DNA from: Lachnospiraceae bacterium
GTDB lineage: Bacteria; Bacillota; Clostridia; Lachnospirales; Lachnospiraceae
NCBI GenBank assembly: GCA_029338735.1
Contig: JAQYAY010000038.1
Location: 3,669 to 67,668, forward strand
Direction of reading: 5' to 3'
Length of the DNA stretch: 64,000 nucleotides
Part shown: piece after piece, positions 20,496 through 30,309 of the stretch
Numbering within the stretch: position 1 is the first letter of the stretch
How the letters are laid out: the number at the start of each line of letters is the position of its first letter
Translations under genes and position numbers: made by a program
The notes under the pieces: model-generated
Database searches by the model: none
The model's input: only the letters and a program-made list of their open reading frames with translations
What the model was told of the DNA's origin: nothing

Positions 20496-21209
20496 TTACT
20501 TAACTATACTGACAATCCCGTCTTCGACCGATATCATATCGTGTGCGATCAGGTCGATTGCTCCCGGCAGGAGTTTCCACTCTGCCTGCTCCATGATCCT
20601 TCTCTGAAGTGTCTCTGGTGTGTCATCATCACGGACATATACTGCCTTCTGCATGATGATCGGACCTGTATCCGTACCTGCATCTACGAAGTGTACCGTG
20701 GCTCCGCTCACCTTTGCACCCTTGGCGAGTACACCTTCGTGTACATGAAGGCCGTAGAATCCTTTTCCACAGAATGATGGAATCAGAGATGGATGGATAT
20801 TGATAATCCTGTTTGGGAAAGCCTTTACGATCTCAGGCGGGATCACTACGAGAAATCCTGCAAGGACTACAAGGTCTATCTTCTCTTCCTGAAGCTTTTC
20901 GAGGAGAGTCCTGTTGTACTCTGCCCTGCCTGCAAAATCCTTTGGTGAGATGCACTCTGCCTTGATATCATGCTCTTTTGCTCTCTCAAGTGCATAAGCG
21001 AGCGGATTGTTGCTGATAACTATTCCGATCTCTGCATCATTAATTGCAGCCTCTTCCATCTGACCACAGATCTCAGAAGCTGTAAGATCAGTATCCTCCT
21101 GAAGGAGCTTTGACAGGCCCCATTCACCGAGATTGCCTCTGTCTATTGCATCTATAATAGCCTGAAGATTCGTTCCGCCTCCGGAGACAAGAACTGCTAA
21201 TCTCAGCAT
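20496..21209 (-). CDS. purN: Phosphoribosylglycinamide formyltransferase (with an insertion of about 30 aa)
   Basis: 237 aa. It has [25 protein letters not shown] and the HxV/D catalytic region. The extra segment [30 protein letters not shown] sits after the first beta-alpha unit. Confidence 0.9.
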   Translation of the reverse strand: MLRLAVLVSGGGTNLQAIIDAIDRGNLGEWGLSKLLQEDTDLTASEICGQMEEAAINDAEIGIVISNNPLAYALERAKEHDIKAECISPKDFAGRAEYNRTLLEKLQEEKIDLVVLAGFLVVIPPEIVKAFPNRIINIHPSLIPSFCGKGFYGLHVHEGVLAKGAKVSGATVHFVDAGTDTGPIIMQKAVYVRDDDTPETLQRRIMEQAEWKLLPGAIDLIAHDMISVEDGIVSIVK

Positions 21210-22231
21210 AGCTCTACTCCTTTTTCTCCTGACTCGATATGTCCGATAACGTACGGTGTATCTCCGGTGCTCTTAGCTGCTTCCATCACCTTGTCCACAT
21301 CGGCCTTGTCTACTGCAAGTACCATTCCGATACCCATATTGAAGGTGTTGTACATCACATGCTCGTCAATATCACCCTTCTTCTGCATCAGCGGGAAGAT
21401 AGGCTGCATTGGATATGAATCCTTCTCAATGACTGCCTTCACTCCGTCATGAAGCATACGAGGTACGTTCTCATAGAATCCGCCTCCGGTGATATGGCTC
21501 ACACCGTGTACATAAGCGCCTGCTGCCTTGATGGCCTTCAGTGCGTGTACGTATATTCTCGTAGGAGCTATGAGGACATCTCCTAATTTTTTACCACCGA
21601 GCTCGTCATATGTAGTGTCGAGTGACTCTTTTGTCATCTCGAATACCTTTCTGACAAGTGAGAAACCATTCGAATGGATTCCGGTAGAAGCGAGTCCTAC
21701 AAGTATGTCTCCGTCCTTTATATTTTCTCCTGTAATCAGGTCTTTCCTGTCAGCGATTCCGACTGAAAAACCTGCGAGATCGTATTCATCCTCAGGCATG
21801 AGACCAGGATGCTCTGCTGTCTCACCACCGATCAGAGCACAGTCAGACTGCTTGCAGCCGTCTGCTACTCCCTTTACTATCTGGGCTATCTTCTCAGGAT
21901 AATTCTTGCCACAGGCTATATAGTCAAGGAAAAATAAAGGCTCTCCGCCTGCACAGGCTACATCATTTACGCACATTGCAACTGCATCAATACCTATCGT
22001 GTCGTGCTTATCCATAAGGAATGCAAGCTTTACCTTGGTTCCGCATCCATCAGTGCCTGAAAGGAGTACCGGATCATCCATCTCCTTTATCTTTGCGAGA
22101 TCAAATGCACCCGAGAAACCTCCGATGCCGCCAAGTACCTCCGGTCTCACAGTCTCTTTTACATACTTTTTCATGAGCTCGACTGACTTGTAGCCGGCCT
22201 CGATATCCACTCCGGAATTTTTATAATCCAT
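21203..22231 (-). CDS. purM: Phosphoribosylformylglycinamidine cyclo-ligase
   Basis: 342 aa. [17 protein letters not shown] and GGETAE are present. Confidence 0.95.
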   Translation of the reverse strand: MDYKNSGVDIEAGYKSVELMKKYVKETVRPEVLGGIGGFSGAFDLAKIKEMDDPVLLSGTDGCGTKVKLAFLMDKHDTIGIDAVAMCVNDVACAGGEPLFFLDYIACGKNYPEKIAQIVKGVADGCKQSDCALIGGETAEHPGLMPEDEYDLAGFSVGIADRKDLITGENIKDGDILVGLASTGIHSNGFSLVRKVFEMTKESLDTTYDELGGKKLGDVLIAPTRIYVHALKAIKAAGAYVHGVSHITGGGFYENVPRMLHDGVKAVIEKDSYPMQPIFPLMQKKGDIDEHVMYNTFNMGIGMVLAVDKADVDKVMEAAKSTGDTPYVIGHIESGEKGVELC

Positions 22232-22249
22232 CTGATTCCTTTCTTTAAT

Positions 22250-22319
22250 GAAGTTATAAGTTCTTAGTTCCAGGCTTTTTACTCTGAACTTGGAACTTGT
22301 AACTTTAAACTTATTACTT
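22250..22319. repeat. Inverted arrays of 7-nt units (AAGTTNN / NNAACTT) between purM and purE
   Basis: The left array is aagttat aagttct tagttcc (22251-22271). The right array is tgaactt ggaactt gtaactt taaactt attactt (22285-22319). The arms are mutually complementary in several registers. Confidence 0.7.
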
Positions 22320-22826
22320 AGAACTTAAATACTCCTTATAGCCTACTTCTTTAAGCTTTGCATCCTTTGCCTTAACATCCTCTTTCAGATCATTCACATA
22401 TGCCTTGAGTCTTTTCAGCAGTTCAGGATCCGATACTGCAAGGATCTTTGCTGCGAGGATTCCTGCATTTGCTGCTCCATTGATAGCAACTGTTGCCACA
22501 GGAATTCCTGTAGGCATCTGAACGATTGAATAGAGTGAATCAACTCCTCCGAGATCTGATGTCTTCATCGGAATTCCGATAACAGGCATTGGGAAAAGTG
22601 CTGCACACATTCCCGGAAGATGAGCTGCTTTTCCGGCTCCTGCGATGATTACCTTGATTCCTCTCTCCTCTGCAGTCTTTGCATATTCGAAGAACTCGTC
22701 CGGCTCTCTGTGAGCACTGATCACATTCATCTCATATGTGATACCGAGCTGATCAAGGATATCAGCTGCCTTTGCCATGATAGGAAGATCTGAATCGCTT
22801 CCCATAACTATTGAAACCTGTGCCAT
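22314..22826 (-). CDS. purE: N5-carboxyaminoimidazole ribonucleotide mutase
   Basis: 170 aa. [18 protein letters not shown] and AGKAAHLPG are present. Confidence 0.95.
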   Translation of the reverse strand: MAQVSIVMGSDSDLPIMAKAADILDQLGITYEMNVISAHREPDEFFEYAKTAEERGIKVIIAGAGKAAHLPGMCAALFPMPVIGIPMKTSDLGGVDSLYSIVQMPTGIPVATVAINGAANAGILAAKILAVSDPELLKRLKAYVNDLKEDVKAKDAKLKEVGYKEYLSSK

Positions 22827-22844
22827 GTCAATAATCCTTTCTAT

Positions 22845-23189
22845 TTACAACACTTTTAGTAACCCGATTATATATAATAACAGAAATCCGACAAACGCCG
22901 CCACTGGGAGAAATACTCCCCAGAACCTCGATGCCGGTGTGAATCCTTCGCGCTTTGAAAACCTGATACCGAAGCACATGCTGCAAAGACTCGCAAAGAA
23001 AAAGATCATCATTGCTCCTGTAACAGTTCTGTCCGGTTTTCCTGATACTGCTGTATATATTCCTGCAGCAAGAACCACAAGGGCCGCTGCTCCGATTGCC
23101 GCACATATAATGGACTTTACGGATACACTGCCTTTTTCTCTTCTCTTTCTCCGCTTCAGCTGAACACGGCTCATCTCTTTTTCCTCCAA
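22845..23189 (-). CDS. Hypothetical small membrane protein
   Basis: 114 aa. It has a basic N-terminus followed by 3 predicted TM helices. Its position is consistent with the operon. Confidence 0.45.
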   Translation of the reverse strand: MEEKEMSRVQLKRRKRREKGSVSVKSIICAAIGAAALVVLAAGIYTAVSGKPDRTVTGAMMIFFFASLCSMCFGIRFSKREGFTPASRFWGVFLPVAAFVGFLLLYIIGLLKVL

Positions 23190-23626
23190 TGATAATGAAT
23201 ATAGTAGATGAGGCTGCCTATAAATCCACCTATCGTATTCAGAATTATGTCATCTACATCACAGCTCCCGACCCTTGTGAACAGCTGTGTGATCTCAACG
23301 CCACATGAAAAGACAAATCCGATCAGTGTCACATTGAGCACCACGCATCTTTTTTCTCTGCAGAAAAAAGTCACCAGAGCTCCGAACGGGATAAAGATCA
23401 TAATATTTCCCAGCAGATTCATAAGAGCTATAGCAGGCATAGACCATATCAGACCGATATATCTTCTGATCTCGCGGAACGGTACTGCATTGTACTTCAG
23501 CGCTCCACCCGAGTTTCTGCTCCTCCAGTCCATGAAAAACAGAATGTAGCACATTGCTATCAGATATATTATGAAAAGCACGATACCTATGAATTTTTTA
23601 AGTCCGTCGTGTTTTCCACTGCTCAT
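23171..23626 (-). CDS. VanZ-like family membrane protein
   Basis: 151 aa. NIMIFIPFG and D(V/I)DD(I/V)ILNTIGG are VanZ motifs. Confidence 0.75.
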   Translation of the reverse strand: MSSGKHDGLKKFIGIVLFIIYLIAMCYILFFMDWRSRNSGGALKYNAVPFREIRRYIGLIWSMPAIALMNLLGNIMIFIPFGALVTFFCREKRCVVLNVTLIGFVFSCGVEITQLFTRVGSCDVDDIILNTIGGFIGSLIYYIHYHWRKKR

Positions 23627-24300
23627 TTCGAAGTGCCGTACTCCTTGTAATAGTCGTCAATACGTGCCTTCATGGCATCATCTATGATCACTGTTCCATT
23701 GTATGGCTTGTTGTAGAGACATTCTACCACCTCTGCCATTGTAACGATGGAAGTAGTCTTCATACCGAATTCATCCGCTATCTCATCGAGAGCGCCCTTC
23801 TCGCCAGTGCCTCTCTCCATGCGGTCAACAGATACCACAAGTCCCTTAACCTCCGCATCTGCCTGAGCCTTGATGATAGGATAGGTCTCTCTGATAGATG
23901 TACCGGCCGTCGTCACATCCTCTATGATCACTACTCTGTCGCCATCATTGATCGGCGATCCAAGGAGAATTCCTTTCTCACCGTGATCCTTGGCTTCCTT
24001 GCGGTTTGCACAGTATCCGACATCAATTCCATGATTCTCGCTAAGTGCAATAGAAGATGCTACAGACAGCGGGATGCCCTTGTATGCAGGTCCAAACAGG
24101 ATATCAAAATCCTTCCCAAAGCTGTCTACGATTGCTCTTGCATAATATTCACCGAGCTTTTTGAGCTGTGAACCTGTTCTGTAAAATCCTGTATTTACGA
24201 AGAATGGTGTCTTTCTTCCGCTCTTTGTCACAAAGTCACCGAATTTCAGGACCTTGCAGTCTATCATGAAATGGATGAAGTCTTCCTTGTACTGTTCCAT
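23623..24300 (-). CDS. pyrE: Orotate phosphoribosyltransferase
   Basis: 225 aa. The PRPP motif VVIIEDVTTAGTS is present. Confidence 0.9.
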   Translation of the reverse strand: MEQYKEDFIHFMIDCKVLKFGDFVTKSGRKTPFFVNTGFYRTGSQLKKLGEYYARAIVDSFGKDFDILFGPAYKGIPLSVASSIALSENHGIDVGYCANRKEAKDHGEKGILLGSPINDGDRVVIIEDVTTAGTSIRETYPIIKAQADAEVKGLVVSVDRMERGTGEKGALDEIADEFGMKTTSIVTMAEVVECLYNKPYNGTVIIDDAMKARIDDYYKEYGTSK

Positions 24301-24309
24301 TGTGTCTCC

Positions 24310-25218
24310 TTACTTTACTGCTCCAATGATCTCACTGACTGAATCTATTCCCTGGTCGTTAAGATACTGTTCTATACCGTCTATTATCTCAAGTGTTGCT
24401 GTCGGATTGTAAAAATTAGCCGCTCCGACTGCTACTGCACTGGCTCCTGCAAGCATCATCTCTACTGCATCCTGCCATGTCTGAACGCCGCCCATTCCGA
24501 TAACCGGTATCTGCACTGTATTTGCAGCCTCATATACCATTCTGACTGCTACGGGATGGATGGCCGGACCACTGAGTCCGCCAGTCTTATTTGCCAGGAC
24601 GAACTTCTGCCTGTTGATGTCTATCTTCATTCCGGTGATAGTATTTATAAGAGAGATACCGTCTGCTCCGCCAGCCTCAGCTGCCTTAGCTATCTCCTTA
24701 ATATCTGTCACATTCGGAGTGAGCTTCATGACTACAGGCTTGTCTGTCGCCTCTTTTATCTCTTTTGTGATCTTCTCTACCATATGCGGATCAGTACCAA
24801 ATGCAAGAGCACCCTGCTTTACATTAGGACAGCTGATATTGATCTCAAGAAAAGAAATGGCATCGTCTGTAAGCTTTCTTACGACATTTAAGTATTCCTC
24901 TTCTGTGTGCCCGCAGACATTGACACCAATTGTGGCTCCTGATTTCTTTAAAAAAGGCAGGTCATTAGCGAGGAATCTGTCTACTCCGGGATTCTCAAGG
25001 CCAATTGCATTGAGCATTCCTGAAGGTGTCTCTGCTATACGTGGCGACGGATTACCTTCCCATGGTACATCTGAGACACCCTTGGTCACTACAGCTCCGA
25101 GCTTAGAGATATCCATGAAATCAGAATATTCTTCTCCGCTTCCAAAAGTACCGCTTGCTGTCATTACAGGATTCTTGAGCTTGGCAAAGCCCAGATCTGC
25201 TGTCATATCCGGATTCAT
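24310..25218 (-). CDS. pyrD: Dihydroorotate dehydrogenase B, catalytic subunit
   Basis: 302 aa. LKNPVMTASGTFG, NAIGLENPG, EINISCPN and GGL/SGPA are present. Confidence 0.95.
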   Translation of the reverse strand: MNPDMTADLGFAKLKNPVMTASGTFGSGEEYSDFMDISKLGAVVTKGVSDVPWEGNPSPRIAETPSGMLNAIGLENPGVDRFLANDLPFLKKSGATIGVNVCGHTEEEYLNVVRKLTDDAISFLEINISCPNVKQGALAFGTDPHMVEKITKEIKEATDKPVVMKLTPNVTDIKEIAKAAEAGGADGISLINTITGMKIDINRQKFVLANKTGGLSGPAIHPVAVRMVYEAANTVQIPVIGMGGVQTWQDAVEMMLAGASAVAVGAANFYNPTATLEIIDGIEQYLNDQGIDSVSEIIGAVK

Positions 25219-25997
25219 CAGATGATCACCTCCTGTGCATTGAATACAGGTCCGTCCTTGCAGACCCTTGCCTTCTTTACATTCAGATGATCATTGATAT
25301 CTATTGTATCAACCGTACATCCAAGGCAGGCTCCTATTCCACAGGCCATTCTCTCTTCCATGGAGACATAGCATGGGACTTTCTTTACCTCTGCAAACTT
25401 CTTGACCGCGCGAAGCATTCCTGCTGGTCCGCATGCATAGATGACTCCTGCTGTAAGGTAATTCTGCATGATGGCTCCGATCACATTGCCCTTGAAACCA
25501 TATTTACCGCTCTCTGTAGCCACATAGACCTTCGATCCTGTCTTCTCGAATTCCTTCATCAGGAAAGGAAAATTCTGATATCCGAGAACTATCTTGCAGC
25601 TCTTAGGAAATTTCTTTGCCAGCTGAAGCATTGGCGGGATACCTATGCCCCCGCCTATGATCATGACATCCTTCTCAGGGATATCTATCGGAAATCCGTT
25701 TCCAAGAGGTCCGATCATCTCAATCTCATGACCTGAGGTGTACTTTGAGAATTCCCTTGTACCCTCTCCTGAGACACGGTATACGAGTCTCAGTGAACTT
25801 CTCTCCATGTCAATCTCACAGATTGAAATCGGTCTCGGCATCAGCCTGCTCTCATCGTCACAGAAGAGATTGACAAACTGACCGGCTCTGGCCTCCCTTG
25901 CCGACGGGGTTTTGATCCACATGCTGTAGATACCTTCCGACACCTCTTCCTGCCTGATGATCACAGCTTTTTCTTTTTTCTTTGATTCTCCAGACAT
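25218..25997 (-). CDS. pyrK: Dihydroorotate dehydrogenase B electron-transfer subunit
   Basis: 259 aa. It has an FAD/NAD-binding fold and the C-terminal 2Fe-2S motif CGIGACLGC...C. Confidence 0.9.
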   Translation of the reverse strand: MSGESKKKEKAVIIRQEEVSEGIYSMWIKTPSAREARAGQFVNLFCDDESRLMPRPISICEIDMERSSLRLVYRVSGEGTREFSKYTSGHEIEMIGPLGNGFPIDIPEKDVMIIGGGIGIPPMLQLAKKFPKSCKIVLGYQNFPFLMKEFEKTGSKVYVATESGKYGFKGNVIGAIMQNYLTAGVIYACGPAGMLRAVKKFAEVKKVPCYVSMEERMACGIGACLGCTVDTIDINDHLNVKKARVCKDGPVFNAQEVII

Positions 25998-26017
25998 TAC
26001 TTTTCCTCTCAGTACTC

Positions 26018-26941
26018 TTATGATTCAAGTGCACTCTTGATGTCATATCTCATATCAAGAACTGCGGCTCTTGCTGCATCAGCAAAATGCTCCTCACCGT
26101 ACTTCTCATAGCCCTTTTTTGTGTAGGCAGCTATGATTCCTCTTGAAGAATTCACAATGGCTCCCTCTCCATTATTATCGAAAAAGCCTTTGAGATCAGC
26201 GCCCTTAGCACCCTGTGCTCCGTATCCCGGAACCAGGATAAATGTATGAGGCATACGCTTTCTGAGTTCTGCTCCCATCTCAGGATATGTGGCTCCTACT
26301 ACAGCCCCGACATCCGAATACTGTACGTCTCTTAACGGCTCACCCCATTCTTCAACCTTGTCTGCCACTTTCTCATACAGTGTATCCCCGCCGATCTTCT
26401 GATCCTGAAATTCTCCGCTCGATGGATTCGAAGTCTTCACAAGTACGAAGATACCCTTATCATTAGCCTTGCAAACATCGACAAATGGTTTCACACCATC
26501 TGTTCCGAGATATGGATTCACTGTAGCAAAATCTGCATCGAAGACCGGAAGTGTCCTGCTCCCGACTGTCATTGTGCCGAGATGAGCCTTTGCATATGAT
26601 TCAGAAGTAGATCCTATGTCTCCGCGCTTCACATCTGCAATGACGATGAGACCTCTCTCATGAGCGTAGTCTATTGTCTTCTGATATGCGATGAGCCCCG
26701 GAATCCCGAACTGCTCATACATGGCTATCTGCGGTTTCACTGCCGGAACGAGATCATATACTGCATCAATGATCGCTTCATTAAAAGCAAGGACTGCCCC
26801 TGCTGCTGCCTCGAGTGTCTCACCACATTCATTGATTGCCTGCTTCTGCAGATACTGTGGAATGAATGCGAGATTAGGGTCGAGCCCTACAACTATCGGA
26901 GCATCTTTTTTCTTGATTTCTTCTATGAGTTTTCCTACCAT
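26018..26941 (-). CDS. pyrF: Orotidine 5'-phosphate decarboxylase (type 2)
   Basis: 307 aa. VGLDP, DVKRGDIGST and the C-terminal PGYGAQG are present. Confidence 0.9.
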   Translation of the reverse strand: MVGKLIEEIKKKDAPIVVGLDPNLAFIPQYLQKQAINECGETLEAAAGAVLAFNEAIIDAVYDLVPAVKPQIAMYEQFGIPGLIAYQKTIDYAHERGLIVIADVKRGDIGSTSESYAKAHLGTMTVGSRTLPVFDADFATVNPYLGTDGVKPFVDVCKANDKGIFVLVKTSNPSSGEFQDQKIGGDTLYEKVADKVEEWGEPLRDVQYSDVGAVVGATYPEMGAELRKRMPHTFILVPGYGAQGAKGADLKGFFDNNGEGAIVNSSRGIIAAYTKKGYEKYGEEHFADAARAAVLDMRYDIKSALES

Positions 26942-26945
26942 CTGA

Positions 26946-28235
26946 TTACCTTTCTGAGGTTATAATGCCGCCTCTTATGGTCATTATCACTTCACCTGTG
27001 AGCGTTCTGCCCGCAAACGGTGTATTCCTTCCCTTGCTCTTAAACTGTGCAGGATCAACTGTCCATTTCTTCTTCGGATCAAAGATCACTATATCTGCTG
27101 TTCTGCCTGTACTGATATCTCCCCTGTCTATTCCAAGTATGCGTGACGGATTGTAGCTCATCCTCTCGGCCATACCCATAGGTGTCAGATATCTGCCATT
27201 TACCAGAACCGTATTCGTAAGTGCTGCCGAAGTCTCGAGACCTGCGATTCCGAATGGAGCCTTTGAAAAATCTCCGGCCTTCTCCTCCTCGGTATGAGGA
27301 GCATGGTCTGTACTGATGCAGTCAAAGATACCTTTTGCAAGGCCGTCTCTTAACGCTGCAACATCTGCTGCTGTCCTGAGAGGAGGATTCATCTTGTAAT
27401 TCGTATCATTCTTATCAGGTATATCCTCACAGCTGAGTGTGAAATGATGCGGACACACTTCTCCGGTCACCCGGATTCCCATCTGCTTTGCTCTGTACAG
27501 ATACTCTTCTGCTCCCTCTGTAGAACAGTGACACAGATGCAGTCTGCATCCTGTCTCCTTCGCAAGCATAATGTCTCTTGTAGCTATGATATCCTCTACC
27601 GCATTTGATATGCCCTTAAGACCGAGCCTTGAAGCCTCGGACATATTTACGACTCCGCCCTCGACCAGCGGCTTGTCCTCACAGTGATCGAGCACTACTC
27701 CGCCTGCTGCATGTATGATCCTCATAGCCCTTCTCATCAGAGAAGAGTCCATGACACTCTTTCCGTCTTCGCTGAACACACGACATCCGGCTTCTATTAA
27801 GCCTTCAAGATCCGACAGTTCTCTGCCTTCGAGTCCTTTCGTAATGGATCCGGCCTGAAGTACCTTCACCTTGCCATATGCATCCGCCTTGTCCGTGACA
27901 TACTTCCAGGTATCTGTATTGTCTACTACAGGAGATGTATTGGCCATTGCAACAATCGTAGTAAATCCACCTGCTGCTGCCGCGTCTGATCCAGTCTCTA
28001 TAGTCTCCTTCTGTGTCTGTCCCGGATCCCTGAGATGTACATGCATATCTATGAATCCTGGCATCACCCAGCATCCTGAAGCATCTACTAGGCGGTCTGC
28101 CTCTTCAGCAATGATGTCTGTTGCAATTCTTGCTACTCTGCCATCCTCGATCAGAAGATCACAGATGCTGTCAAGACGATCCGCAGGATTGATGATACGT
28201 CCATTCTTTATTAGTATATTCATCCTATTCTCCAT
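26946..28235 (-). CDS. pyrC: Dihydroorotase
   Basis: 429 aa. FIDMHVHLRDPG and TDHAPH are present, with an amidohydrolase fold. Confidence 0.9.
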   Translation of the reverse strand: MENRMNILIKNGRIINPADRLDSICDLLIEDGRVARIATDIIAEEADRLVDASGCWVMPGFIDMHVHLRDPGQTQKETIETGSDAAAAGGFTTIVAMANTSPVVDNTDTWKYVTDKADAYGKVKVLQAGSITKGLEGRELSDLEGLIEAGCRVFSEDGKSVMDSSLMRRAMRIIHAAGGVVLDHCEDKPLVEGGVVNMSEASRLGLKGISNAVEDIIATRDIMLAKETGCRLHLCHCSTEGAEEYLYRAKQMGIRVTGEVCPHHFTLSCEDIPDKNDTNYKMNPPLRTAADVAALRDGLAKGIFDCISTDHAPHTEEEKAGDFSKAPFGIAGLETSAALTNTVLVNGRYLTPMGMAERMSYNPSRILGIDRGDISTGRTADIVIFDPKKKWTVDPAQFKSKGRNTPFAGRTLTGEVIMTIRGGIITSER

Positions 28236-28268
28236 TTCTCATCACATGCATCCAGATAATTACCTATG

Positions 28269-28928
28269 TCAGCTGCCTGTCTGTAGCTTCAGGAATGCCT
28301 CTTCCTTCTTCATATCCTCATCATCAGGAAACTGTGTCAGATAGCTATCAGCACTGTCAAGTGCGCTTGCAAAATCTGCCTTCTTCTCAAATCCGATGAC
28401 ACGAAGCTTCAGTACCTTCTTAGAAGCTCTGGCTTCCTTCGGCATATCATCATAGAAATCCTCTGCACAATCATCCATTCCGACCGATATCAGAGTCTGA
28501 TATGCGCTCTCATACAGGGATGTACGCTTTGACAGACTACAGGCCTTTTTCAGATCAGCAACCGCCTTCTGGGGCCTGTTGATATCAGCATATATACAGC
28601 CTCTTAGAAACACTGCCTTGTAGTCATCTGCATCGAACTTCATAAGGCCATTCAGCGTATTGATCGCATCGCCATTCTTTCCGAGTTCATGCTGGGCTGA
28701 TGCCTTGTATAAAGCTATATCCTTCTCATCTCTGCCAACAGTTGACGAGAGCGCAAGAGCCTTATTGAAACTCTTAAGAGCCTTGTCATACTGTCCGTCA
28801 TCCATCTGTTCAATGCCTGTACGCTTGTATTCATCCTGCTTCTTCTGATTGCCGCAGGAAGACACACTTACAGCCATTGCAGCGATGAGTGCCATGGATA
28901 TTATTTTTGATGTCCTGAATTTTCTCAT
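28269..28928 (-). CDS. TPR-repeat lipoprotein
   Basis: 219 aa. The lipobox is AVSVSSC-G. TPR-like A/Y/L periodicity is visible (YDKALKSFNKALAL...). Confidence 0.6.
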   Translation of the reverse strand: MRKFRTSKIISMALIAAMAVSVSSCGNQKKQDEYKRTGIEQMDDGQYDKALKSFNKALALSSTVGRDEKDIALYKASAQHELGKNGDAINTLNGLMKFDADDYKAVFLRGCIYADINRPQKAVADLKKACSLSKRTSLYESAYQTLISVGMDDCAEDFYDDMPKEARASKKVLKLRVIGFEKKADFASALDSADSYLTQFPDDEDMKKEEAFLKLQTGS

Positions 28929-28940
28929 AGTGATTTAATT

Positions 28941-28976
28941 ATAACAAAAACAAGCCCCGAATAAAAGGGCTTGTTT
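28941..28976 (-). terminator. Rho-independent terminator after the CNNM/HlyC gene
   Basis: On the minus strand the stem is aaacaagccc/gggcttgttt (10 bp), followed by tttttgtt. Confidence 0.7.
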
Positions 28977-28980
28977 ATCA

Positions 28981-30264
28981 TTATTCATTGTCAGACTGTA
29001 CTTTTTCATCGTTCTGAGGGAGGCGGATCTTGACCTTTAAGATACGCTTCCTTCTGACTACTGCTGCGGTCAGTATCACGCCTTCCTTGGTCACATAACT
29101 CTCTCCGACACGAGGGAGATGATCGAACAGTCCCAGCAGATATCCACCGATTGTATCGTAATCATCCGACTTAAACGGGAGGTCCAGCTCATCGCACAGG
29201 TCATCAAGATTCATGCTGCCAAGGACTGTGTACTCTCCAGGACCGTTCTCTACGATATCATCCTCTTCTGTCTCGTCAAACTCATCCCTGATGTCTCCAA
29301 CGAGTTCCTCGAGCAGATCTTCAAGTGTCACGATTCCTGAAACCGAACCATACTCATCAAGGACTATTGCCATATGGATCCTCTTCTTCCGCATTTCATC
29401 GAAGAGATCATCAGCATTCTTGAACTCATAGGTAAAGAATGGTTCTCTGATATGCTTTCTGATAGAGAATCCTTCTTTCTCATCACGGGTCAGCAGATCC
29501 TTCATATTGAGGATTCCTATCACATGATCGGTGTCCTGCTCATATACCGGGAATCTCGTATACTTGTCCTGCATGAATACACTTCTGATCTGCGCATATG
29601 ACCAGTTCACATTGATCATCGTGACATCTATTCTAGGGATCATGAGCTCTCTGACTTCGGTATCCGAGAAATCAAAGAGATTATTGATATAGTCCTTCTC
29701 ATCATTCTCTATGGCGCCACTCTCATTGCCGACGTCTACTATTGTCCTGAATTCCTCCTCTGTCATGGAGTTCTTTTCTGGCTTGTTGGCCCCGACTATA
29801 TAGAGTATGCCACTGACTATATGATTCATTATGAAGATGATCGGTGTAAGAACAACCATCAGTACATGAATGATGCCAGCTACCTGAAGTGACATCGAAA
29901 GCGCTCTTCTTGATGCCAGATTCTTCGGTGTCACTTCTCCAAAGATCAGTACCAGAAGAGTCATGATACCTGTTGCTATACCTGCTCCTGCACTTCCAAA
30001 CATCTTCATAAATACTACTGTTGCAAGAGATGATGCTGAGATATTGACGATATTATTGCCGATCAGGATTGCCGATAGCATCTTGCCTGCCTTGCCGGTG
30101 ACCTTCTGAACCATTCTGGCCCTTTTGTCACCTGCATCAGCCATTGTACGGATTTTGAACTTGCTGACCGTTGTAAGAGCTGTCTCTGATGAAGAGAAAA
30201 AGCCTGACAACGCTATAAGAACTATAAGTATAACTAACTGAAAAACTACCATTGTCTGATCCAC
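28981..30264 (-). CDS. Hemolysin-family CNNM/CorC protein (DUF21 TM domain + CBS pair + CorC_HlyC)
   Basis: 427 aa. The N-terminus has 4 TM helices, followed by a CBS pair. The C-terminal transporter-associated domain is VLTAAVVRRKRILKVKI. Confidence 0.85.
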   Translation of the reverse strand: MDQTMVVFQLVILIVLIALSGFFSSSETALTTVSKFKIRTMADAGDKRARMVQKVTGKAGKMLSAILIGNNIVNISASSLATVVFMKMFGSAGAGIATGIMTLLVLIFGEVTPKNLASRRALSMSLQVAGIIHVLMVVLTPIIFIMNHIVSGILYIVGANKPEKNSMTEEEFRTIVDVGNESGAIENDEKDYINNLFDFSDTEVRELMIPRIDVTMINVNWSYAQIRSVFMQDKYTRFPVYEQDTDHVIGILNMKDLLTRDEKEGFSIRKHIREPFFTYEFKNADDLFDEMRKKRIHMAIVLDEYGSVSGIVTLEDLLEELVGDIRDEFDETEEDDIVENGPGEYTVLGSMNLDDLCDELDLPFKSDDYDTIGGYLLGLFDHLPRVGESYVTKEGVILTAAVVRRKRILKVKIRLPQNDEKVQSDNE

Positions 30265-30309
30265 CTGCCAAATGTATTATAGTTCCTATAAGTATATCAC
30301 AATCCATGC

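Noticed and set aside
22827-23170. Purine riboswitch or PyrR attenuator upstream of purE / downstream of the pyr genes
   Set aside because: The interval is filled by a 114-aa membrane-protein ORF. I saw no guanine-riboswitch three-way junction or PyrR binding loop (ARUCCAGAGAGG).
24560-25225. Long antisense ORFs inside strongly supported genes (221 aa here; also 38979-39569, 48059-48664, 43320-43853, 28 other track entries)
   Set aside because: The opposite strands encode proteins with unmistakable family signatures (pyrD, the CpaF-like ATPase, the nuclease, etfB). The antisense frames are low-complexity shadows without SD sequences.
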